This document shows positions 1 to 11,074 of a stretch of DNA of 25,605 nucleotides, piece after piece. The stretch lies in contig JAAOMT010000219.1 of NCBI GenBank assembly GCA_016748015.1, forward strand, positions 420,226 to 445,830. Reading direction: 5' to 3'. The notes under the pieces are model-generated. The model had not been told where the DNA came from, searched no databases, and saw only the letters and a list, made by a program, of their open reading frames with translations. Source of the DNA: Geosiphon pyriformis uo1 (lineage: Eukaryota; Fungi; Glomeromycota). The position numbers and the translations under genes are program-made. Position 1 is the stretch's first letter. Each line of letters opens with the position of its first letter.

Positions 1-352
1 TTACTCTTTTTCTGAAATATGTAATTATAGCATTTGAAGATTATTGAATAAAACATGGCTGAAAAGTACATCTGATATCTAATATTGAATTCTAAAAGTG
101 CCAACATAAGACATAAAATTATACCAGTGTGTAATCATTTATTAATAATACAGACTATCTTTCTATCTTCAGATTCTTTAACTATCTTTTGAAAAGTATA
201 GCAATTGAGATATTTTATGAGACTGATCTTGCACATTAAATCCATACTTATTTAATTTGCTCTTTAAAGTTAAATTCCCTTTAATTTTTTTTATTACCCT
301 ACAATTTTGTTCTCTCTTGCTATTCATTAGCTTATTACTTCAATCCATAATA
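1..352 (+). mobile_element. Partial LTR (U5 end) of the same Ty3/Gypsy family as the LTR at 4417-5038, in opposite orientation; runs off the window start
   Basis: Reverse complement of 301-352 (TATTATGGATTGAAGTAATAAGCTAATGAATAGCAAG...) aligns without gaps to 4417-4468 (TGTTATAAGTTGGAGTAACAAGCTAATGAATAGCAAG...), with 9 differences in 52 nt, all transitions. Weaker similarity continues towards position 1. It abuts and truncates the RNase H reading frame at 353. Confidence 0.85.
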
Positions 353-3300
353 CTACTGCTAAGTATTTTTGTTCAGTAATTGAATAGTTTTTTTTTGTTA
401 GTGTAAGAGTTTTACTGGCATATATTATAGCATATTCTCTGCTATTTTCATCTTTTTGTAAAAAGACAGTACCAAGTTTATAGCCAAATGTATTAGTATG
501 CAGGATAAAAAGTTGGTTCAAATCAGATTGCTTAAGGATTGGTTTAGTAACAAGTTTTTCCTTTAGAGTTTCAAAAGCTTTTTGCTGATAAATGCTTTAG
601 TGATAATTGACATTTTTTTTGAGCAGCTGATTAAAAAGAAAGATGATTTTAGAGAAATCTTTGATAAATTTGTAATAGTAAGAAGCCAAATCAAGAAAAG
701 AACATAGTTCAAAAACATTTATTGGTTGTCTAATATTCTGAACTTTTTCAACTTTAGTTAAGTCAGAAAAGATTTCATCTTTTGTAATAAGATAACCAAG
801 AAACTGGGTGGATTAATGTTTAAAGAAAGATTTGATTGGGTTAATCTTGAGATCAGCATTTCTAAAAAGGTCAAAAATCTTTTATAAATGTTTTAGGTAT
901 TTATTTTAAGTTTTTGAGTATACCATTATGTCGTTCAAGTAGACCAGAACAAATTTTTTTTTTACTGATTCAAACACTTTGTCTATTAGGCATTAAAAAG
1001 TGGGAAGAGCATTGGTAAGACCAAAAAGCATAACTGTAAATTCATAGGTGCCATACTTGGTAATGAAAACAGTTTTCTTTCTGCTTTCTGGATCTATCTC
1101 TACTTGCCAAAATTCAGCAGTTAAGTCAATGGTTGAGAAGAAAGCAGCACCATTGAATTTGTTTAGCATTGCATTAATTTTGGGAAGTAAACACATGTTT
1201 CTTATAGTAATAGCATTTAATTGACAATAATCAATACAGAAGCATAAGGTTCCACTTTTTTTGAATATTATTACAACTGAAAAAGTCCATTTACTTTTGG
1301 TTTTTTGTATGAATTCAAGATTTTTCATTCAAGTTATTTTTTTCTTGATAAATTTATTATTGCATTGATTGGATTGATAAGGCTTCAAATAGATGAAACA
1401 AGTTTCTCTGGTGGTAATAATGTGTTGTATCACATAAGTTTGTTCAGAGGTATTACTTTCTTTTAAGATAACTGGACTATTTATAGTCAACAGATTTTTA
1501 ATGTCTATTTTTCTTTCTTTTTAAGAGAGTTTTTTTTGTTTTACTACAAGTGATTGGATCTCAGATGGTTTATTCTCAAAGGACTTTTGTATTACTCTTA
1601 GTTTTTTTCTTGGTATTAGGCTAATGAGTTCTCAATCTTTGTAGTAGATTAGGCAGAATATGCATTTATCACTAGAAAAATATAAAAGTTTATCATACTA
1701 GTACCAAACACAAGGGCTATATTACCAATAACTGTATTTTGCATTCTTGCCAGGTTTTTTATCAAAGGTTTTTTTGAGAATATTATAGTAGGGCCAACAA
1801 ATTAGTTTGCTATTTACAATGATTTTTTCTTTGTCAGCTTTAATATTGTTTAGTAACTTGCTATTACTGGTAAATATGGTATAGATAAGTTTAGCAGTTT
1901 TTTCTTGTTTTTTTTTTATCTTTTTTTTTATTGCTCTCTTTATTATCTGATTTATTTGATTGCTTATTTTCTTGATTTTGCTTGGGTATTAGAGAAGTTG
2001 TTTAATAACAGCACTTAATCACAATGGACTTCTTACTATATTTGATAATTAGCTTACAAAGTTTATAGTCAAGTAGTGTTTTGGCTTTTTTGAACCACTT
2101 ATTGCCAACAATTATGGTGTATTTTTTTGTTTCAGATATTTCTATGTTAGTTTTAATGCTAATACTATTGATACAAACAGAAACAGCTTTGGCTATGTCC
2201 AGATTTTCTTTTTGTCACTATATACATTAGTTATTAGTTTAGTTGAGAGTTCATCAATTTTTCTGTCAATTGCTTTAAAAAAATGTTTGGCAATAACACT
2301 AACAGATAATCTACTATCTAAGATCAAATCAATAAAGTAACCAGCCACTTGTGCTTTGCAAATTAGAGAGGTAACATTGTTGTTGTTAGCAAGTTCAGCT
2401 TGGCAAAAGTACTTGTTGGTTTTTGGTGTTTTTTTTTTTGGAATCAAGGATTTATGAAAATTTTTTTTGAATTGTAGATGGGTTATTAACTGGCCAAAGA
2501 TAATATGAACTGAAGTTTCCATAAAATCCTTGACAACAGAGTAAAAACCAGATTTTTGTACTATTTTTGGGGGTTTCAACTTTGGAGAATTCTTAAAAAC
2601 TTTAGTCTCTGGTAACTTATTGTTATTAGCAGTTAATGTAAATGCTTTAATTAAATTTAGAACGAAATCAATCTTGGCTTTCTTTTTTTTTTTTGTTGAT
2701 TTAGAGATGTTAATTACTAGTTTATCTATGTTATAGTCATTATCAGTTAGGTTAAAAGTGTAAAAGAGATTTTTTTCTGATTGGTTTGTACTCTTACTCT
2801 TTGAAAATACACTTACCAATTTAAAGACTAATAAATAATAGCTTCAACTAAGAGATTCTTTCCAAAGAAATTAATATTGACATAATTAGGTTTTTGATTG
2901 GAAACATTGTTGTTGTTGATTCTATTGTTCTGGTTATCATTATTTCTAAGAACTAGAAAAAGCAAAAGAAAATTGTTGCAATTTCTGGAAAAATGTCTAG
3001 TTAATCCACAACAATAACACACAGATGGGCCACAATTTTGTTGTCTTTAATAAAAGAATTGTTGGGACTAATTAAACTGGAATTTAAATCTAGGTTTTTG
3101 TGATTGCTAATTATCTTTAACTGCTTGGGTTAAGGATTTCAGTAACCAAGCAAAATTGGCTGTGAGTCTATCTATTAACTGTTTATTTGAATCTTGAATT
3201 CGGACAGCAAAAGAAGTAGTGGCTATTTGGAGAGCAGAAACCATAACAAAAGCAGAAGCAAAAACTAAAAGTATAAATTCTAGGTGTATTCTTTGATTGT

Positions 3301-4340
3301 CTTCTATTCTCTAGACAAGTTCAATAGCCATATTTATTGTGAGATTATTTTTTAGAGCCAAAAAAAGCCAAAGAGTATAAGAAAGATCAGTTTTTAATTC
3401 TTTTGTAAAGGAATAAATTTTTTGCTCTTTTGTCTAATTTCTTTCAAAGTCTACTTATTTGATTAGTTTTTTGATTGCTATGGTATATTCAGTCACAACT
3501 TTACTAAGATCTTGGGTTTTTTTTTCTAATTCTATATGCTATTTTGAGATCAAGATGGAAGTTCTAAATTTAGTTTCGAATCAGGTTGTAAAAAAGATGT
3601 TTTCTTTTCTAGTATTTGTTAGTGTTTATCTAATAATTCTTTGGTAAGCACCAGCATTGGTTTTTTGTGAAAACCAAATAGCAGAAGAGTCTTGGAGATA
3701 GCCAACAACAATTTGAAACTTATACTCAGCATTATATTAATTGGCAGTGACTGCTCTTTTAAAATCATCTAACTATTCAATTGGGTCTTGTGTATTACCT
3801 CTGAATAAAAGTAATAAGGTGTTATTTTTTCATCCTAAAGCAGTTTGTATGTCTTGAAAGACAACCAAAATGTTTTTTTGTATGGGATTATTAGCCATTA
3901 GTTCAGGAGTAGCTGTTTGTGTAAAATGTTCTGATTCACTTAAGAAGAAATCAAAAACAAGAACAGTTTGATAACTTTCTTTTTCTGTTTCAAAGAGAGT
4001 TTTAGCTAACTAGTAGCAGCAATCCAAATGTGAATTTGGTAATTTAAATATTTGAATCAGAGGGCTGTTGTTTAAAGGTTGTAAAATATAAAAGCTGATT
4101 GATGCTGTTGTTTCTTTTTTCAAAGTTGTTTTCAAGATAGGCTTGGTCAAAGTAATAAGTTATATAGACTATGTAGGTTTCAACTGAATGTTTATTCAAA
4201 AACCAGTTTCAAAAGTTTTGAAATTGTTTACTAGATTGTTTTTTAATGGGAAAGCAAATCAAGCAGAAGGACAAAGAATTAAGTTTAATAAAATTTAGAT
4301 TATTTTTATTGTGTATTTCAAAATGTTCTTTTAATTGTTA
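353..4340 (-). pseudogene. Gypsy gag-pol pseudogene
   Basis: Gag-like QDPIE*LDDFKRA (~3790-3750). Zn knuckle CYCCGLTRHFSRNC (3019-2978). Aspartic protease LILDSRLSVSVI (DSG->DSR, ~2330-2295). RT motifs LCFCIDYCQLN, FSTIDLTAEFWQV, MLFGLTNALPTF and VYLNDI (~1330-620). RNase H FILHTN...YASKTL...KNYSITEQKYLAVV (521-353). The 5' limit is approximate. Confidence 0.9.
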
Positions 4341-4393
4341 TGGCAAATATAAATAATCACTTATATAATAAGAAACAAAGTGGATTTTAACAA

Positions 4394-4410
4394 CCTTATA
4401 GAAAGCACCA
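4394..4410 (-). other. Primer-binding site of the Gypsy element
   Basis: Minus strand reads TGGTGCTTTCTATAAGG, 6 nt inside the LTR end (...TAACA). It starts with TGG, complementary to tRNA CCA. Confidence 0.65.
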
Positions 4411-4416
4411 CTTTTA

Positions 4417-5038
4417 TGTTATAAGTTGGAGTAACAAGCTAATGAATAGCAAGGAAGAACAGAATTGTAGAGTAATGAAAATAATCAAAGAGAAAATTAC
4501 AATAAGAGAGTGAATTAAATGAATAAGGATTTAATATATGTGATTAGTCTCATAAAAATCACAGTCACAAATTTTTTCTGAAAATTTAAAAGTAGAAGAA
4601 TAATCTGTGATTGTCAACAAAATAACACTGCTAATATTATTTTATGCTTCAATTCAATGATTCTTAGAATCAATAACAAATATTGTTATGCTTTTCAATC
4701 ATTTTTTTATTCAAATAAATCACAAGAACAAGCAATTGCTTCTTAGACTAATTTTAATAAATACAAATCAAAAAGAGAAAAAGATAAAATATGTGAATAC
4801 CAACAAGTAATCTTTTATTCTATGTTCAAATACTTGAAAGTAAGGAAAAGAAAATAAATAATATAAAAAAAAGTAATTAATAATGGGTTTTATTTTGTTA
4901 CTTGGATCATGTTTTTCTACAGCTAAAAAACTCATTGCTTATATAGCTATTGAAAGTGGTCAACAATTAAATCAATAGTCAGATCAATAATTAGGTCAAT
5001 GATTACTATTTAAAAATAAGATAGTTAATTATATAACA
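4417..5038 (-). repeat. 5' LTR (622 bp)
   Basis: Perfect 7-bp terminal inverted repeat TGTTATA (4417-4423)...TATAACA (5032-5038), adjacent PBS, homology to 1-352 ending exactly at 4417, and a drop in GC content just beyond 5038. Confidence 0.78.
4958..5005. repeat. 4 x 12-bp degenerate tandem repeat in the U3 part of the LTR
   Basis: Units GGTCAACAATTA / AATCAATAGTCA / GATCAATAATTA / GGTCAATGATTA. Confidence 0.75.
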
Positions 5039-8000
5039 TTAGTAATTAATACATATAACTAAAAAATATGGATTTCAACTGTAATAATATATAAAATAGT
5101 TTATTTTATTTATGATTAAATTTTCTATTTTATTGTTTTTTAGTCTTAGTTTTATATAAAAAAAACCTTGTTTTAACTTTAAATTTATTAATAATAAATA
5201 ACAATTTTTTTTTTGTTAAATTTAAAAATATTAATATAAATTATTACAATTTATTGTTTTTTTTTCTAATATGTTAACAAAAATATAAACTTTTTATTAA
5301 AACATTTTTTAAAAAGTTTCTTTTATAATTAATTGAATTGAATAAATTTTTATTAAAAAATTAATTAATAATATTATTGTTTTTCTATAAATTAAATTAA
5401 ATAGTATATTTTATTGTATTTTGTTTTAGTATTTTATATATTAATAACATTAATAAAATAAAAATATTTTATTTTGCTTAAAATTAATTAAGATTTTGGT
5501 CAATAATTTATAAAATATTTTATTAAAATATTTTATAAATTTATTTGTTTAAAAATAATAAAATAATAATAAAAGTTTTTTAATATTAAATTTTTTACAA
5601 ATTTTTTGTATTAAATTATTTACAAATTGTGTTTTTTGATTAGATATATTTACAAATAATATTTTTGTAAATAAATTTTATTATTAATTTCATATCTGTT
5701 TTTAAATAGTTTTTGTTTTAAGCAATTTTATAAGATAATTTATAATAATTACAATAAATTAATTTTTTTGAATTATAATAGATAATAATCTAATTAAATT
5801 AATATTAATTTTGTTAAAAAATTATTTAATTTTAATTAAATTTAAAAGTTAAATAAAACAAGTTTTTTCTTTTTTGATAATTATTACAAGATTTAATATA
5901 TTATTAAATATTTTTTATATATAAGACCAAAAATAATATTTTAATATTTTTTAAATAATATTGTTTTTTTTAAAATATATTAATAAAAAATTTAAATATA
6001 TATTATATAAAATTGTTTTTTTTTGTATTTTTAGACTAATTTAAATAAGTTGTTTAAATTTTTGTAATTTTAATAATAAACAATATTGTTTTATAAAAAG
6101 TATTATTTTGCTTAATATTATAAACAATGTTTTTTATTTAAAGACTAATTTGTTAATATTGTAAATATTTCAAATAATTTTTAATGTTAAATTTGTTATT
6201 TGTTATTAGTTAACAAATAGTTAATTTGATTTGTTTTATTTTTAAAAAATAATTAATATTTATATAAAGTTTTTTTAATTTATAATATACAAGGTATTTA
6301 TAATTGGCTAAAAATTTAATTTAATAGAATTGTTTAATATTAAATTAAGAATTTTTGTTATAAAGCTATTTAATATTATCAATAATAATATTAAATTATT
6401 TAAGTTAAAAATACAAATTAAAATATTTAAAAGTCTAAATTATAATTATTGTTTTTAATTTAATAACAAATTTTTTTTAATAAAATTTAAAGTTTTGTTA
6501 ACATATGCAATTATTTTTTTATTGTTATTGTTATTTAATTAAAAATAAAATACAATAAAAGTTATATAAAAAACATTAATAACTAATTAAAATTTTTTGT
6601 CAAATTAAAATAAGTTAAGATTAAAATTATTGTTAATTTTTTTTAGAATATCCAAAACAATTTGTTGTTTTACTGTTTATTAGTATCTAATATTTTTGTT
6701 AATTAAATAGTTAAGAGGTTTGATAATTTTCAAAAATTTTTTAATAAATTTTTAATTATAAAATATTAATTATATAAATTTTTTTAATTTAAAATTTTGT
6801 ACAATATTAATTTTTTTAGATCAAATTTAATTTTATTTTGGCTAATAATATGATCATAAAAAACCAAAATTGTTTTTTTAAAATAATATTTTTCAATATT
6901 TAATTTTAATTCTGTTTTTTTTTATAATTATTAAAAAACTTTTTACAAATAAGTCAAATAAGTTTTAAAAGTTAATAAATATATATTAATATTATTAAAA
7001 TAAACAACTATTAATTGTTATAAAAATTCAATATAAACAATATTTATAAGTTATTAAAATATTGCTAATATATTATATAATTTAAAAATATTATATTAAA
7101 TTTGTAGTTTTTTTTTTGGATTGTAAAGACCATTTTTGAACAATTTTTAAGATCTATAGTAATTTAAAATATAAAAATATTTTGATTTTTAAAAGCTTCT
7201 AATATGTTTTTAATTTGTGATAAAAATAAATATTTCTAATTATAATATTATTAAATTAATAATAATTAATACAAAATCGAATTTTTCTATTTTTTTAATA
7301 AAAATTATTGATAAAACTTATAAATTTATTAAAAATTGAATAAATTTATTGTTAAATATCTATTGTATTTTTTTTTTAATAAACTAATAACTAACAGATA
7401 GTATTTAATATGATTATTATTGTATATTTGTATAAATTTGATATTAAATCAAATTAGTTTTTTTAAAATTATTATTATTTTTTGTAAACATATTAATATA
7501 ATTTATAATAAACTACTTGCTTGTATGATTTTAGTTGTTTTATTTTAATTTAAAATAATTTTTTAACAATTATGTGATAATTTTCAATAGTAAAAATTAT
7601 GTTGAATTTTAAAAATAAATATTTAATAACTTTGTAAAATTCGAAACTTTTTATAATAATTTTTTTTAAAAATATTTATTATATATTTAACTTTTAAGTA
7701 ATTAACTAATATAATAAGATAATTATTGGAATTATAAACTATAATATTAATTTTTTTAAACAAATAAATATTAAAAATCAAAATTCTCTGTTTTTTGCAA
7801 ATCTGTTTATTGAATTTAAAGATTTGTTGAATGGTAATAGGTCTTAAACAACTGTTTACTTTTCAAGTTTTTATATTAATAATTTTTTGATTTTATAAAT
7901 CTTTGTTGTTATAATTGTTATAATAAAATTCTTATATTAATATAAACTAATCAAATTTTAATTAAAGTATAAAAAAAGGATCAATTAAATAGTTAGTGTT

Positions 8001-8230
8001 AATTAAACTAAAAAAATTGTATAAAAAAAATTATATATAACTACAAAAATTGCAATTTATAATATAAGTAAAAAACCTGAAAATAATATATTTATTTAAT
8101 TTAATACTATAAAAATTTAAAATAATTTACATAAAAGTTCAAATATTTCAAAATATTATTTAAATTGAATTATTCAAATTTGTCATTATTAACTTATTTA
8201 ATAATAACAATAATTTTTATTAACTTAGAT
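5039..8230 (-). pseudogene. Hypermutated (~10% GC) fossil Ty3/Gypsy pol (RT, RNase H, integrase); limits approximate, 7500-8230 not decoded
   Basis: Minus-strand translation gives IRFCINYY*FNNII (=IRFCIDYRQLN.IT, ~7283-7240), LYNILAIF**LIN (=L.NAPATFQRLM, ~7080-7042), VVYFNNI (=VVYLDDI, 7008-6988), KLTIILILTYFN (=KLT.APIL.YPD, ~6640-6603), IIAYVNKTL (~6515-6488), YIKSCNNYQ (=Y.KSC..CQ, ~5900-5875), ISNQKTQF (=ISDQGTQF, 5647-5624) and FYYF*TNKFIKYFNK (=PYHPQTNGLVERFNR, ~5565-5520). These fall in Gypsy RT-RH-IN order. Confidence 0.85.
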
Positions 8231-8320
8231 TTCTTTATTTATTATCCATTTCTTTGATGCAGCAGAGGGAATAAAGAATTTGCCTTTCGCAAATAACATT
8301 AATAATTTGTTACAAATAAA

Positions 8321-10833
8321 ATGCATTCCGAGGTAAATTCTGTAGGTTTACTGAAAGTTTGTTTACGTGAAGCTGTTTCTCAATGTTCAGCTCGTGGATT
8401 ATATTTTGCTGCCAAATGGTAAATTCAGAGCTCATATTTCATGTCTAGCTCCGAGTTCCAATAACCTTCAATGATCCTTTGTCTCCCATTCCCTAGGGCC
8501 GCAGAAACCTTAGACGGACTCCCCGAGGAGTCGTTGCACCATTCTACTGGCCCTTCTCTGGAAATGGGGTCCAGACCGTCTGACACAGAGGATAGTGGAG
8601 ATTCCTTTACAAATGACACAGAATATGACAAGTACCTTTTGGCAAAATCATATTTCGATGTAAAAGAGTTTGATAGAGCTGCTTATGTTCTTGAGAAATC
8701 TACCTCCGCTAAAAGTCGATTTCTTAAAATCTATTCAAAATATTTAGTAAGTATTCTTGCACATCTTATTTGGATGGCTTCTTCATATAAAAAAAAATAC
8801 TAAACGCCAGGGACTTGTTCAGGCAGGCGAAAAACGCAAAGAGGAAGAGAGCAATGATATAATGGGTAAATCACTATGATCTATTTTTTTACACCTGTAT
8901 CCAAGTGGTTTTATTTAATTCACTACATTAATTCAGGTCCGTTGGACGATCCCAAAGCGGTCAACAAAGAACTGACTGGGCTTCAAGAACAACTCCAGAA
9001 GTGGTGTGATGCAAATGAAATGGACGGTTTTCTTCTTTATCTGTATGTTGAATCTCATTTCACAGAATTTTTGGGACAATTGAATCTGTGAATAATAATA
9101 ATCTATTATTCTAGTTATGGGCTCATTAAAAAACAGCTCAATCAAAAGGTTGCCGCTACCGAACTATTCCTTAAATCCGTTCATCAATATCCTTACAATT
9201 GGAGCGCTTGGTTGGAACTCTCTCATTGCTTTTCTCATATAGATATGGTGGCTATGGATGAACCATTTCCGTTTATTTAATTGATTGGTATTTAAGTAAA
9301 AACTTCTTTACTTCCGATCACAGGTCAAAGAAATTACACACCAATTGCCTCAAAATTTGATGTCAATGTTTTTCCGGCTTCATTCGGCTGTTGAATTGAA
9401 CGAGACCCAAAACAATTTTTATTCCCTTTTGTCCGAGTTCTCTAATGATTTTAGCAAGAATATATTTTTGAAAACCCAGAAGGCAATCGTTCATTACAAC
9501 AATAGAGGTCAGGACCTCGAGCTTTTCTCTTCCTCCTAATTGATAAATTCATGTTTTTTGGAAGTATCCTTATAATCTAATTTTAAAATCAGAATTCATC
9601 GAGGCCGAACGTGAATTTGATGATCTTATCCAACTCGACCCATATCGATTGGACGATATGGACATTTACTCGAACGTGCTTTACGTGATGGACAAAAGAG
9701 CTAAATTGAGTTTTTTGGCTCACATGAGTGCTACAACGGATAAATACCGCTCAGAGACGATGTGCATAATTGGTATCACTTCAAATTAATTGATCTTAAG
9801 TATGCCAAAAGAATTTTTTGTAACCTTTAAGCGTATTACATTATTAGGGAATTACTATAGCCTTAAGGCTGAACGCGAAAAGGCAATATCATACTTCAAA
9901 AGAGCGCTCCAAGTTAATCGACAATGCTTAACAGCTTGGACATTGATGGGTCATGAATATGTTGAGTTGAAAAATACACACGCTGCAGTTGTTGCTTACA
10001 AAAGAGCGCTGGGTATACAGAGGAAATTGAATAAAAATGCTAGTACAAACCGCTAATCCTATTTATTAAATTCCAGAGGTTAACCCACGTGATTATCGGG
10101 CATGGTTTGGCCTTGGACAGACCTACCAATGTTTGAAAATGGATTTTTATGCAATTTATTACTATCAAAGAGCTACAGTCTTGCGGTAAGGCATAATTTT
10201 CTTGAAAGTCTTTTTGGCATGAACATAATATATATTTTACTTCTCAAGTCCAAACGATGCGCGAATGTGGGAAGCGTTAGCTGGGTTGTTTGAAACTGTA
10301 ACTTCGCCTGAAGATTCTATAAAATGTTACGAACGCGCCCTTGGATCTTCAGACTGCGATGATACTTCTACTTTGACTGCAATGTCAAAATTGGCAAAAT
10401 TATATGAACCACTTAACAAAGCTAGAGCAGCAACATATCATGAGATGATCCTTGAAAGAGAAGATGTAATTTTTTAATATCACATCCCCTTGATTGCATC
10501 TTTAATTCACTGTATTAATCGAATCTCATGTTGAATGTCTTTCAATACACGTAATAGCTCAGTGCCGATGCAGATGAATTAAGGAACGCCCATCGTTTTT
10601 TAGCTTACTTCAAAAGAGATATAGGTGATTTGGGCGCGGCTGCGATTCATGCACGCGATTTAATGGATTATGGAGGATCTGTAAGCATTATCCTTATCAT
10701 TATGGCCACATTTTTAAATCTATTTCCATCTAAATTTCTATCCATATAGGCCCGAGAAGAAGGAAGATCTTTGATTAATGATTTGACAAATAGGGAACAA
10801 GCTATGCAACAACCGCCTTCAACCACAACCTAA
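8321..10833 (+). CDS. CDC23: Anaphase-promoting complex subunit 8 (Cdc23/APC8), TPR protein, 563 aa, 12 exons
   Basis: Exons 8321-8418, 8497-8746, 8823-8865, 8937-9042, 9115-9247, 9324-9507, 9593-9772, 9848-10012, 10077-10185, 10249-10465, 10558-10680, 10750-10833 (1692 nt, all GT-AG, phases consistent). Family motifs: [84 protein letters not shown]. Confidence 0.97.
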
Positions 10834-11074
10834 GGATTCACCGCAGGGTAATTTGACTTGCCAACATGGACGTACGACATTTATTAATCATTCTGAATTT
10901 ATTTATGTGTAGGCTTCAGTCTATTCAAGGTATTTCCGCCTCAATTTCAATCGTTTTTTTGCCAAGGTATAAAAAATTGTCTATTTAAAGTTACTTATAA
11001 CATAATTTCAAAAATGGCCATTATTTTTGGTGATATGATACACAAATTTGGTTTAATATAGGTATAGTTGATCG

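Larger units (their letters stand above)
353..5038 (-). mobile_element. Degenerate Ty3/Gypsy LTR retrotransposon (5' LTR, PBS, gag, protease, RT, RNase H; interrupted before integrase)
   Basis: Domain order gag-CCHC-PR-RT-RH on the minus strand, downstream of a TG...CA-bounded LTR and a TGG-starting PBS. Many stops and frameshifts. Confidence 0.92.

Noticed and set aside
4958-5005. CRISPR-like array
   Set aside because: Contiguous 12-bp units without spacers, inside a eukaryotic LTR.
4417-5060. LTR shared between two tandem Gypsy elements
   Set aside because: No polypurine tract abuts 5038 on the minus strand and the two elements differ greatly in decay, so nesting is more likely.
5039-8230. 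AT-rich tract as organellar insertion, centromere core or low-complexity filler
   Set aside because: It decodes as ordered Gypsy RT-RH-IN motifs, with no tandem periodicity or organellar genes seen. A centromeric role cannot be judged from sequence.
9751-9753. Ser in CDC23 DKYRSET as mutator leakage (Pro->Ser)
   Set aside because: This position varies among orthologs, and one substitution is not evidence of leakage.
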